From assembly GCA_010015805.1 (NCBI GenBank), contig ML978132.1, positions 806,001 through 870,000 on the forward strand: a DNA stretch of 64,000 nt, read 5' to 3'. The notes beneath the pieces are model-generated. The model did not search any database, was not told the origin of the DNA, and worked only from the letters and a program-made list of their open reading frames with translations. A program made the position numbers and the translations under genes. This DNA comes from Rhizodiscina lignyota (lineage: Eukaryota). This document shows positions 38,269-50,788 of this stretch, piece after piece (the first letter of the stretch is position 1; each line of letters begins with the position of its first letter).

Positions 38269-41259
38269 TTACAAACCGGAGTCGATCTGATCAGGAATGT
38301 TGGTGTTGGTCCAAGTGCTCCAGTCTCTGCACGTCTGTGCAGCGATGCTTGGGATGTCAAGCTTCTGCACATCATCTGGACGCTCAAGAGTGTTGGCATA
38401 CAGGCCAGCACTGACGTGCCATGCGACGTGGCAGTGGAACGGCCAGACACCCGGGTTGTCAAGGTCATATTGGAGAACAGTGTAAGATGGTGTACTGGTG
38501 TCTTGTGCCTTCTGGAGGAACTGGACATCACGACGGATGGGGTTGTGCGGGTTGACAATGGTGCCGTTCCAGGTGCCGAAGCCCTCCTCGAGAACCCAGA
38601 AGTCGTGGCCGTGCAAATGCATTGGGTGGCCGGATTGCGGGAAGTGGTTGTAGACTACTATGCGAACGGTCTTGTAGTCGTGGAAGTTGTACACATTCCT
38701 AGGAACTGTTAGTATTTGTATTGCTTCTGATGAAGAGAATGAGCCTTACCATTCCTTGTCAAAGGTGTCGTTGCCCAGGTTTGCCTGCAAGAGGACGGGG
38801 CTGTTGTAGTCACCGTGGAAGGTGATGTTGTTCATGATCCACTCATACTCGCCAGTGGAGTTCTTGATAAGATCAATGTCAATCGTCTTCGTGTGGATGC
38901 CAGTCGTAGCTGGGGTCTGGCAGTCGTACGGGATGGTCTCAGAAAGATCATCGTTTTTGCAAGTCAAAAGCTGAGCAGTGGTGACAGAAGAAGTAGACGT
39001 GGGAACAGCCGTGGTGTTGGCGTTGTCATAGTAAACACCAGCAAGCGCATAGGGGGAGACACCGCTGTTGATGGAGCAAGAAGACGGACCAGCTGGGCCA
39101 GTATCGGCGCGCATCCAGGCAGAGGTAACGTTCGTGAGACCTTCGACAATAATGTCAGTGCGCTGACCGACGGCAAGAGTAACCACGTTGGTGGTGTATG
39201 GCTTGATGGGAACATAGTCGTTGGCAATGACCTGGAGCTCGTGGCCATCGATGGAGAACTTGATCATAGCGTCGGCAGATGGGTTGATGAGACGGAGCAG
39301 GTGCTTCTTGCCAGACTGGAACTGGAACTTGGCAAGACCAGCGTTGGGTGTGCAGGTCTCGTCAGCGGTGGCGTTGGCGCACGGGAAGTTGTTCTTGCCC
39401 TGGATCAGGATGTTGTCGCTGAACGGTGGGCGGCCTGGGTCCGGAGCGTGCATAGTCTCGTTGACAATCGTGTAGTAGTCAGGGTGGTACCAATCGGAAA
39501 CCATGACCGGGCCAATATCGATATCGTAGTCCTCGTGCTTGGGGCCGTAGATGACCATGGGCCCGAAAGCACCGCCAGCGTACTGAGCAGAGTAGTGAGA
39601 GTGGTACCACGAGGTGCCGTAGCGGTCAGCGCGGTAGCGGTAGGTGAAGCTGCCTCCTGGGACAATTGGGCACTGGCTCACAGACGGAACACCATCCATC
39701 CAACCAGACTTCTTCTGGAACAGACCGTGCCAATGCAGAGTAGTACCCTCGTTGTCCAAGTTGTTGGTGACGGCGACCTCGATCCAGTCACCCCAGTTGG
39801 CCTCAATGAGAGGACCTGGGAATTGGCCGTTGATAACAACACCCTTGCGCTTGACACCATCCGGAGCAATGTCCTGGTACGAGACATTAAAGTCGTAGTG
39901 GCGAGTGACACCAGTGTTGGGGACCTCTCCGGTCGTGCCAACGGCCTTGCAGCTGGATGAGCTGGTGCCAGTTGGAGAAGACGAACCAGTGCCCGTTGGG
40001 CCAGAGGACACAGTACCAGAGGCGCTGGACGAGCTGCCGGAGCCGCTGCCAGATCCACTTCCAGATCCTGAGCCGGAGCCTGAGCCCGATCCTGAGCCGG
40101 AGCCGCTGCCATAGCCAGATCCAGATCCAGAGCCTGAGCCTGAACCAGATCCACTGCCATGGCCGGAGACGCCCGAAGATGAGCTACCCTTGCCGGAGCC
40201 ACCGTATCCGTGCCATGGCGTAGAACCACCGTGTGGGAATGGGCCAGGCAAGTGTCCTGGCAGGTGCGGCTGGCCAGTCGTACCCCAAGTGGAGTGACCG
40301 TTGGTGTCAGACTGGGGAAGGGCGGGCTTCAAGTCGTTGCAGCCGTGGGGCAGGTGTGCCGGGCCGTGGTAAGCGCCAGCGTTCGAGCCACCTAATGGCT
40401 TGGTTGGTGGGTATGGCGGGTACCCATGGCTGGTGAGCTCGTCGTTGGATGGTGGTGGTGGGGAGCCAGCGCCCTCGGCACCTGGAGAGTGCTTGGGAGG
40501 GTAGTGTTGGGCATTGCCGGGCTTGGGAGGAACCTTGGAGGGCTTCGAAACCGGGGCGGCTGGGGAGGATGGAGACTCGGAGACAGGTGCGACTGGGGTC
40601 TCTGAAGCTGGCGTTGGAATGACCGAAATGGTCTTAATCACTACGCTCGTGACAGTCTCTGATTCACCGCCAGCCGGGGTGGAGTAGCCCTCCGGATGAG
40701 AGTATGGGACTGAGATGGTCTGAATCACCGTGCTGGTGAGAGTCTCACCGCCAGCTGGGGTGGAGTACGACTCTGGAGCCGAGTACGGGACCGAGTATAG
40801 ACCAGATGATGCGTTGTATGAAACTGGGAAACCAGAGGCAGACGCGCTGTATCCAGATGATCCATATCCAGATGGGTAAGAAAAGTAGCTGCCAGATGGG
40901 AAGCCTCCAGAGGGATAGGAAGAAAATCCACCAGTTGGGATGGCACCGGCCGGCGTGGATTCAGAGACACCAGTCGAATATGGCTTTGAAGGAGCCGAAT
41001 AGGCCGGGATGCTGGATGGAGCAGTGCCGATTGGTCCAGCCGGGGTCGAAGAGGAGCCAGATGGCACAATCGATGGGTAGGATGAGAATGAAACTGGCGC
41101 AACCGGGCTCGAAAAGGAAGACGAAGCGGTCGAAAGGCTTACGGAGCTGTAGCTTGGAAGGCTAGGAGAGCTGTATGCAGGCGGGCTAGGAGAGCCATAA
41201 CCATTGCCATAGCCGCCTGCGAATGAGGACGCGATGATCGCGCGAGCGGCAACCGCCAT
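38269..41259 (-). CDS. Multicopper oxidase (laccase-like, AA1) with a long S/P/G-rich N-terminal extension
   Basis: All four Cu motifs are present: HWHG, WYHSH, HPMHLHGH, HCHVAWHVSAGL (axial Leu), plus the C-terminal DSGL of ascomycete laccases. One intron near 38698-38749. Confidence 0.93.
40030..40165 (-). repeat. Coding hexamer repeat encoding (Gly-Ser)n inside the laccase
   Basis: Degenerate GGCTCC/GGATCT/GGCTCA units translating to HGSGSGSGSGSGSGSGYGSGSG... Confidence 0.9.
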
Positions 41260-44122
41260 CTCGAATAATAAATAGAAATTATTTCAAAACAACGTGTCTA
41301 AAAGAGTGACATGGATTTGTAACGAGTGACTATCGAACACAGCGTAAAGAGTGACTGTGGTCGGTGAGGCAAAAAGAGATGGAATGAGAGAATTGGGGGA
41401 GCAGGTGCTAAGCTTTTGAATGCTCTCTGGGGGCCCTCATTTCCTGGGACATGCTCATGCTGATCTTTTTTCGACAGGAACGTCGCATCTTTGCTGCATT
41501 GGGCACAGGCGCTGGGGAGGAGGTGAAGGAGGCCAATGTCGTTGTGTGGCGCTGTCATCGCGTGTGCACCTGCTTGACCGGCCATCTTCGACGCCTCCGC
41601 CACGAGCACCAAGTAATTTCAACAATGACAGCCCTGAGAATCCTCGCGCTAAAGCGGCCAAGAGAGACGCCGAAAGCTTTTCTCTCCGCGTTTCGATAGC
41701 CTTCTCCCGAGTGCGAGAAGTCGATTCAGAGCGAGCTCGGGAAGCAGTGCCGGTGGTGGAAGTGTGTCCAGCGCACTGTTTGCATATACGACGTCAGGAG
41801 TAGTCGCATCGTATACATGAGCAACCCTGGGCTCTACAGGCGTCGGCGAAGATCTTCATGTCAGTTAGCAGAGATGCCGGAAGTGCTTCTGCCGCTGAGC
41901 AGCTGTCCGTCGAATTGGACGGTCTTGGGCACGATTTGGATCACATCTTTTCACAGTCTACCGCCATGCATTCGAGCAGCGTTCGATGCCAATTTTGGCA
42001 CATTGTTCTTGGACGTCAAGGAATTGTCCCCAGAGTGACGCCGTCCAATGCCGGAGAGGGAGGAGAGTTTGGAGACGGTTGGAGCTTGTGCGCCGCGTGC
42101 GCCGTGCATCCGCGAGGCACGCCGTCGGGGCGGGATGGCGGCTAGCGAGCGACTCCATGACTTCAGCTGTCGCGATGTGGAGATGAGAGTGCCTGCAAAA
42201 CACGACGTGCTGCGTGAGACCCTGAATCACAATGCCGGGCTAGAGCGCACTGCGCAGAGCCTCGACCGGCTTGTCACAGTCACGGCGCTTGAGCGCGGTC
42301 AGCAGCGCGACGCTGTGCCGGCGGCGTCGAGCGAGAGAGGAGGTCGAAGGAAGGTTTGCTGCATTCCGCTCCGCCCCTTTTCCCCTGACGCTCAGGCGGA
42401 AGCTGCCAGCCCCTGCCTGCCGTCCCAAAGCGGTGGCTGCTTGCGCCCGGAAGGGACAACGGCGATGGGGTTGTTCTGCACTCGCAGCCGAGAGATGCGC
42501 CTCCGATTCACATATTCGCCGCGCACCTGGCCGCTGCATGGCGCTTTTAACGTGTTTTACTGCGTGCTTGTCTCTCTTGTGCTCACGCGACGGCGGAATG
42601 CCTACCTTCATGAATACCTTCGCGATGGGATGCCTCTCGTGCTGCGACGGACAACAGCGCCCGCCCTTCCACTCACCATTTACCAATTTGGATGTATAGC
42701 GAGATGTGCGTCAGGGTCTCACTCCTAATCGATTGCGCTTCCCAGATTTCGCCATCTTTTCTTAGAACAGTCGAGCACTGGCACTCCGTGCGCACCGAAA
42801 TGATGCCGCATCCTTACGAGCGCCTCCGAGCCCGCGGAAGCACGCGATTCCTTCCACTCCACGTGAGCCTGACTCTCGAAGCGCCATTGGAGATTCCTTC
42901 GGCCTCCCTTTTGCGGCTCTTCGCACGACACTGTTATTTCCGCGGGGGATATGACCACAAATTTAGTCTTGGGGCGACGGAAGCGGTAGGCACGGGGTAG
43001 GTAAGACGGACAAACTGCTCGCTTCTGCTCTCGAATTGTTCCATACTGCGAAATGAGACTGGCTCGCATATACGGATGAAACAGCCATTATTGGTGCCTC
43101 TCGACGGCAGCAGGAAACACCGCAAATTTGAACTTGAACCCAATTTAATGCTTTTTACGTCTCCTTTTCACGATGCGTTGGCACCTCCAGCAACTATCCG
43201 CCATGCCTTTGACCTTGGATGCCGAGTCAAAGGACAAAATCGCCAATGCTTTTCCCAATAGCGCGACTTCATACCTGACAACTCTTCGGCGACCACTTGA
43301 GTTCAGGCCAACTTCATCAAACTTTCGTTCGCACTCCAAGACTATGGCCCACCATCGTATTGCCGGAATGCCTCGTATAGTCTCTCCTTCACGAGCCGCT
43401 ATTCTACTCTCCCGTCGTCCTTAGCATCACACGGTCGTCGCTCCAAGGATGCGAAGAAATCGGAGCTCTTCTCGTCCGTACGTAATCGTTTCCATGGCAC
43501 CAGACAGCCGAAGGAATCAGAGGACCACCCTTATCATTCTGGTAAAGGGAAACAGCAGCATCGTTCATACTTCATAAAGCCTGCATGGAGCAGGTGAGCA
43601 CCAAGATCAAAATCGTCCTTGAGCTTGAAGAGAATAATGGGGTTGGTAATCATCAGTGGGACCCATCAAGCGTCTCTAATGCTGCCTCTGCTTTTTGCTG
43701 TAATTCCAATTTTATCTCATCTTACGTTTCAAAGCACTAGTTCCTCATGCCAATGCGTGAGTACGAAGTGCTATTTCTTTAGCATCACTGCCCTCATTCG
43801 ATTTAAATGCCTTGGGAGAAACATGCAACAGAACATATGCTCTTTTACTTCAAGCACTACAAACAATATCTCTGGACTAGACAGAAGTGGCTAAACAATC
43901 ACAGCACTAGACGTCGTTACCTTTCGCGACGAACGAGCTCGGAATGGCCTGAAGTGCCAGCCAATCGCAACCTTCATCGTCTTTCCAAATTGACCGTCCC
44001 TTCTGCAAGACGCTTAGTTTAGCTGCTACCACGCTACTTTATCTATTTTTCCTCGCAGACTCGCGAAGAAATTACTAAGGGCTTCAAGAAGCCAAGCTCC
44101 GACATTGCACCCAGGACGAACA

Positions 44123-44500
44123 ATGGCGGGATTTGGATTCTCCATCGGAGACATCCTCACTGCGGGCAACTTCGCGCGGGATGTCTACAAGTCGTGTAAA
44201 CGTGCTGGCGATGACTCCAAGGCCATCACACGAGATGGTATCGTAACCCTCATATCAACATCCAACGTGTAGCTTTCAAATGCTAATTGACTTCGTGTAG
44301 TGGAAATGTTGCAGGCCGTCCTTCGCGAACTGTACGAAGAAGTCAGCAATCCAAGCTCCCTCATTCATCGTACCAATGCGGACCGGCAAGCACAGTTCAA
44401 GACAGTTGTGAAGTGATGCAAGAGAGATTTACAAGAGCTCGAGAAGATCCTGGCGAAATTCGAATCCCTCGGAACGATAAACCTTCGAACCCGCCATCGC
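44123..44500 (+). pseudogene. Fungal N-terminal (SesA/HeLo-like, STAND-associated) domain gene with a premature stop
   Basis: ATG 44123, intron 44238-44300, protein MAGFGFSIGDILTAGNFARDVYKSCKRAGDDSKAITRDVEMLQAVLRELYEEVSNPSSLI..VVK*CKRDLQELEKILAKFESLG. TGA at 44414-44416 interrupts a motif that continues in the same frame. Confidence 0.75.
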
Positions 44501-45098
44501 TTGGGGCTGGATTGTTACGGGTCTCACTTGAAGATCTCGTGGAGCAGTGAAGAGGATTGTATTAAAGGTTTGGAAATTTGATCTACAAGTGGGAAGCCTA
44601 AAATAGAAGATGAGGTATTCCGAGTCCCGATCAGGCTTGGGATGGGTGCCTTGAAAAGGCGCGCAGGTGAGAAGTGGGAAGGGCGTACGCACCATATACA
44701 GCACCATCGTTGCAAGTATGAAATGGTTCGTTTTACTCGTCCTCACTCTATGGACCAATTAAATCTAACAAATATTCCTAGGATCTCCATCCACGCTTCC
44801 GAAAAGAGGGAAGTGATCTATCCACCACGTCCACATCTCCTTAAGAGAAGCTCTTTATGGCTGGAATCGGGTTGTGACTTGTGAAAACGATTGATGCTAA
44901 AAGCGTCTCGATCAATAATATTGGCGTTACTCTACCGACGTGGACACATCGCCACCCTGGGCTTGGTTTACCGCTTAAAGATTCCACACAACGGGCCGAT
45001 TTGATTATCTGTGTAAAAATTGAGTTGACTACAGAAGAGAAAGAATTGGTTAATCAAGTCGACTTGTGAACACAATTATGCGATCTTCCATGACCCGA

Positions 45099-46942
45099 TC
45101 AACTCCGTAGCTGACGTTGACTCATCTCCGCCGTGAAGAAGCTGTCCTTGCTCTCTTCCAACATGTTGTTCGCTTCCAAAGTGTCAAAATTCCAAGATCC
45201 GCACTTCCAATGTGCTCCGGTCGTGAGTATTTTCAAGCTCAAGCCTTTGATTTGAGTAATTTGCCATAAATGCAGAACCAATCGGCGAGAGCATTCATCG
45301 ACGCGATCAATTATGATGAAGCTCTGTTTCTCCTCAGCGAACTCAGCCCATCGCTCTAGAAGCTTCTTAAGTAGCGCCCGTGTCTTCGTTAACGCCTCCT
45401 GTGTTTTCTCGGCACTGTCAAGCGACTTGAAGTGAGCACTCTCTGTAATAACCATGTGCTTGTTGTCGTTGTAAAATGGTTCGCTCCACAGCAGGATTTG
45501 GAAAATGAGATGGGACCACAGTTCCATCTCGAGAGCGACTTCATCGCCCGAGTCGTGCTGTCGCTTTAATTTCGAAAGTGAATAGAATGCGGCAGTCCCG
45601 TCACGCTTCTTGACGTCGAGGAACAGACTGGGCGTGGCAGGAGACAGCCAGCACTCTCCATGACTGTTAGTTTGGACATGTGCATTATCGCGGCCGATGA
45701 GGAGTAAGAGACCAGATCGTTCCGAGTTCTTCCACTTGGCGTATATTTCGTTTGCATCAAGCAGACCCAAGCTCACTTGCTCCAGTTGCCAGGCACTACG
45801 AGTTCGCTTTCGCGGCGAAGGTTTTGGCTTGCAGTAGCGCTCCAGTTCGGCAAGAAACGTTCGGGCATATTCGGAAGCATTAAAGCGCTCTCTGATGCTC
45901 AAATTTCTCTGAAGCTCATCGGTGATATGTTCTGTTCCCATAGTTAAAGCAATAGACATGGCGAGATAGAATGAGAGCCTTACTTTCGCGTTGCTTTTCT
46001 TCTCTATCGTTCGCAGCCTTGATGCTCGCGTTTGTGGTTTCTATTGTCTCTGTTCTCGTTTTTATTGTTTCGGTCGTGGTCTGGATTGTATCCGTTGTGG
46101 TCTGAATAGTTTTGGTCCTAGCTTCGATATCCTTAAGAGAACGGAGAGCATCAACAAAGCTCTCCTCCATCATTTCGCGCATAGCAATCTTGATCTCTTC
46201 TGCTACTCTGTTGAGTTTACTCTCTGGATTATCCACAGCTACTTTCTTGATTCTGACTGGTTGTCACGAGCTTCGTTAGTTGGACAAATTCATCATCACA
46301 AGTGAGATTTGCAAAGGAGTTGTTGCCTACAGAGAGTGCCCCTGTTGTAATATTGATATATCTCATCAGCAAGCTGTGTTGTTAGTCGACACACTTCTCT
46401 TGTCCATTTCTTAACAGGCTCGCGCTCTTTTGCGCCCTTCACCATACGGTCCAAATTCTCGGCTCTTCCAACCCAGTCTCCGAGTACCTTCAGCAGCCCT
46501 TCGATCTTCATTTCCTTCGCCCGTTTTCTGGCGGGTACCTGGGACATGAGCTTTCAGCTTGCCAGAGTGAAGCAGGAGGTAGACTCACAGCCAAAGCCAC
46601 CAGTAATATACCTGTGGCAATCCCGCCATACTGATTGTCAACTCCTTTTGCGATCTCCGTCAAGCCATTATAATTTTCCAGGAATGACTGTGCTATTCCA
46701 GCGTACGTTTCGATTTTGTGGCCAATGTTTCTGATTACTTGGTCTTCTCGTTTCTTTCCAAGTTCCTCAAGGCTTTGACTTGCAAGGTTCAATCGCCTGC
46801 GCGCATCTTGAAAGCCATTTCTCTGCTCTTTCTCAACCTCAATTCGGAAGTCGAAACTCAGGTGTACAAGAAGTCCAGAAGAGCCTGGAACGGCTTTATC
46901 ATTCGCGATGTGGTGACCTGGAACGGCTTTGGTCCCTTCCAT
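45099..46942 (-). CDS. NACHT/STAND-like protein with a helical N-terminal domain, heptad repeat and degenerate P-loop
   Basis: Three GT-AG introns (46588-46539, ~46331-46258, ~45983-45932) join four ORF pieces in frame. WKNSERSGLLLLIG, LIFQIL, Walker-B-like FIIIDRVDEC and LKILTT are present, but there is no GxxxxGKS/T. Confidence 0.7.
46030..46120 (-). repeat. 21-nt coding tandem repeat (IQTTTDT/IQTTTET/IKTRTET/IETTNAS heptads)
   Basis: Seen directly in the translation of ORF 45916-46236. Confidence 0.75.
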
Positions 46943-48125
46943 CAGATGTGAATCATAACACTGTCGGTTGGCTTATTCCGCATGGTACGATATGTCAAAT
47001 GCCCACTGCTACTCTCCCTGTTTCCTTTCTAATAGACTTTTAGGCTCCGGCGGGGTATGCAGGCAGCCATTGACGAAATGGCATATGTCATTGAATGGTC
47101 CTTCCTCCACCGTGGCTGTGTAGAAAATTCTGCGGCTGAGCCTCATCGACCACGAACATATCAGGACAAGCAAGATGACTACATTTTCATGGAAGATAGC
47201 TTCTCTGATTATTCCCAGCTACGTACAGCTTCAACTGGAGCGGTTGGCCGGCGCGGGCCGTCGAATGGCGTAACGTGTAGCTGATGCCGATGAGTGCTAC
47301 GACACTTCAGGACTGAAGCGGCCGCCTTGCGGTGCGTCTGACAAGTTCTTGTCTCATCATCCATTATCGCACTGTCCGCATGTGGCCTGATTTGACATAT
47401 ACAGTATGGATTGCCTTATCAGGAGACAACTTCGTGTCTGCTAATGCACACCCATCATAGTGGCGTGCAGAATCGAGCGAAGGAAGGATTGGCTTCAGAG
47501 CAGCCGACCTCTGCAGCCCGGATTTCCGCCCCTTCTTCAATACGCGTAAGGCTGGAGAGCAGTCTACCCAATTACGATGAAATTGACCCCTCGCTTTGAT
47601 CAGAAAGATGACCATTGTTCAATCTCAGAAGGCTGAGGAGGCTTGCACCGGCCGGGGTGCAACCCCGCCTCTCGACATGTCCGTTCTGCCTCAGTTGCTT
47701 TTCAGGCCACATCCATTCCACCCACGGCAGTATCGCCGATCAGTTGAGGCTTAGAGCGTCTACATAAAGCGAATGAGCATGCTGCGTTCTCATGCGTCCA
47801 CTCGCTTTCAGCTCATGCATACTCTATGTGTGGGCGGAGCATGCTCAAGCGAATTGTTCGCTTTGCCTGAGTGGACGAAGCGGCTACTTGGCCCCTTCAC
47901 TCCCTTTAGAACTAAGCTGAAGGTACCCGGCCTTCCTATGAGGCTCTGCAAACTCAAACCGTCTAGCAACGGGCCCATACTTGTGCGAAGAGTCCAAGGA
48001 CTGTCATGATGAACAGAGATTCCACCAGACAAACCTCGAGTGCGCTCTCGTAGCCTCATTTCGAAAACGCATAAGAGGAGTATACGTTGTAATAGCATGA
48101 GCTTGAAAAACAAAACCGTGGCGTC

Positions 48126-50788
48126 ATGCTGACTGAAACACAGTGCAATATGGCTTCCAATCATGTTGGAAAACTTGACGAGTCACAATCGAAAGAGATG
48201 GAGAATTCTTCTCCTCTCGCTCTGGACGGACAATTTAAGAAATTCCTTGAAGCATGCAAAGAGCAAAATATTCCACTTACCGACGAGCAATGCAAGATTT
48301 TCGGCAAAATTCTAGAGAATGACTCATCATCTAAAGATGCTGAGTGCACTGAGAAGGCGAACGGGACTGAAGAGAAGAAAAATGCCGACGATGAAAGAGG
48401 TACCAAAATCGAAACGAATGGCGAAAAGAACGACGATGCTGAAGACAGTGACGATTCTAAAGAGAAGAGCAAGTTCCAGATAGGCCGAGTGCAATACGTC
48501 GCCGAGTATGACATGGACGGAGACAAAGGTCCGCCGCCGAAGCCCGTGTGGCCGCCGAAAAAGCTCGACCCCGAAGCAGCCAACTGTGCCTTTACCATCA
48601 AAGAGATCATATCGAAGAACACTGGCGAACGAGATCATTATGAGCTTATCGTCGATGACCCGAAGCTCAGGAAGCTGATGAAGACTGCTCTAGAGTTGTG
48701 GTTTGACCATGTCGCGGACCCTTGGGGTCAGTCCAAGCCCGTCATAATGGACGATGACGGGTTGCTAATCCGGAACTGGAATAAATTGGAGGAAGCTGCA
48801 AAAGGCGATGATTCGGCTGCTCAAGACCTTCGTACGCTTATGGAGCACTATCAGTTGATTGCGCAGAAGAACTTCAAGGCATCTCAGGCTCAGAAAGACG
48901 AGAAAATGATTGATTTCGAGGGCTTGCGATGGCTTTTTCGACCTGGCGACAGTGTTATTGTCAACAGAGCGTTCATCGATGAGCCGCAGCTGTTTGTCGT
49001 TGAACATTATGGCGAAGGATGGATGGACACCGACGAAGCATACAGTGTGACATGCCGTGGCTACGACTGGGACGGCACGAAGCTCTTACGCCAAAAATAC
49101 ATACTGTACCTCAGAAAATTTAGTCGGGACATGAAGATTCAGAACCTGGACTTTTATCCTCTGGAAAGCTACGCTGGGGATAAAGACGAGCTGAAGAAAT
49201 CGCTTGTTGAGCGAGGATTAAAGTACTGGGATATATGCACAGAGATCAACGAGGCGTCAGGGCGGTCAAACAGGGTCTTTGCTCATACAGGTGTCATGCT
49301 CACTCACAAGGGGGACGCATATGATCTTGACAGGAACAAAGATTGGAAACTTACTCCCCGAGATGCTGTTACCAGAAAGGAGACGGTGAGCTGGTTCTGC
49401 ATCAAGTTTAACTGTTCCTACTAACCGCGTTCTACCACAGTCCGAACAGGTGGTTGTGGACTTCAAGTCATTTCGGAAGCCAGGCCTTGGCCCCGGTGAC
49501 CTTTCACTTGGCAACCTTGTGCCAGAGCCAACGGATTGCTGCTGGTGTCGCCTCTGCTCGAACGATGGGCAATGGGCAACCTGGGAAGAGGAATTTGAAA
49601 GTACCATGAAAGCCTTTCGCAGCGGCGACAAACTCCCAGAAGAGCTCCCAACGGGCGCTAAAGAAATTCTTGCCCTCCTGCCTCCTCGAGTCTTGGGATA
49701 CGCTCTCCATGAGAAAGAATGGGCACAGTTCAATGTCAAAGCTCTGGGTCCTGTACAGTGGGAAGGCCAGAAGCAAGCTTGGAAGAATTTGGAGCTTGAT
49801 CCTCTTGAAAAGGAGCGTATCAGATTGCTTGTGAAAAACCATATCCTATTGCGAGAGGGGAAGAATAAGGTGAGACCAGAAGATCTCGTGGGAGATCTGA
49901 TCGGTGGCAAAGGGCAAGGCCTTGTGCTTCTCTTCCACGGTAAGCATAATTGCCGAGTGGTTCGCTTGAAGCATTGTTGATTCCATGTCACAGGTGTACC
50001 TGGCGTCGGCAAAACAATGACTGCTGAGGCATTAGCTGAAGAAACGAAGAAGCCCCTTCTTAAAGTTGGCGCAAAAGAGCTTAATTACAGCAATCTTTCG
50101 TTCACAAGTACTCAACTGGAGAAATATTTTGACCTGGCCAAGGATTGGGACGCTATCATGCTCATGTACGAAATTATGAAAACCGTTGATGGTAGCATGC
50201 TGACAAAGAAAGTGATGAAGCAGACGTGTTCCTGCGTGATCGAATAAACTTGGACTCACTTGAAGCTGGACTGGTTTCGGGCAAGTACTCTGCCGGACCT
50301 TGGAGGGACTGGACAGTCGCTGACAGTAAAGCTGCACAGAGATGCTGAGAGTTCTTGAATACTTCCAAGGGGTTCTGATCATGACAACGAACCGCATAAA
50401 GGTTATTGATCTGGCCATGCAATCCCGCATTCATCTTGCTGTCCTCTATTCCGAACTTGAGGGCAGCCGAGCGAAGAAGGTGTGGCACAATTATAGGAAC
50501 CAGTTGAAGGCCGGAAACTCTACGGAAACCGAGATTAATGAAATCAAGAGATGGATCGATGAAAGAGATGATGCTCTGGAACCGGACGGCTTGAACGGGC
50601 GGCAAATTCGCAATATCTTCACTCTTGCCCAGATCTTGGCGCAAGAGAATGACGGAAAGATTACTCTGGCCCACATCAAGGAGATGTGGAGATCGACTTT
50701 CATGTTTGGACGGCAGCTTAGAGATTTTGTCAGCACAGAACAGGACAAATTCATCGTTGGAAAGAATGATGGGAAGAAGGTGAAGTGA
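48126..50788 (+). CDS. Fungal AAA+ ATPase with a long N-terminal domain (DUF7025-like architecture)
   Basis: After splicing (49386-49440, 49940-49993, 50166-50212, 50281-50339): DLIGGKGQGLVLLFHGVPGVGKT (Walker A), IMLIDEADVFL (Walker B), LRVLEYFQGVLIMTTNR, SRIH, LNGRQIRN. Start is at 48126 or 48150. Confidence 0.9.

Noticed and set aside
38815..39960. 381-aa plus-strand ORF
   Set aside because: Antisense shadow of the codon-biased laccase.
41817..42728. Several ORFs up to 226 aa in a GC-rich tract
   Set aside because: Arg/Ala/Cys-rich translations on both strands, as expected from GC content; likely the laccase upstream region.
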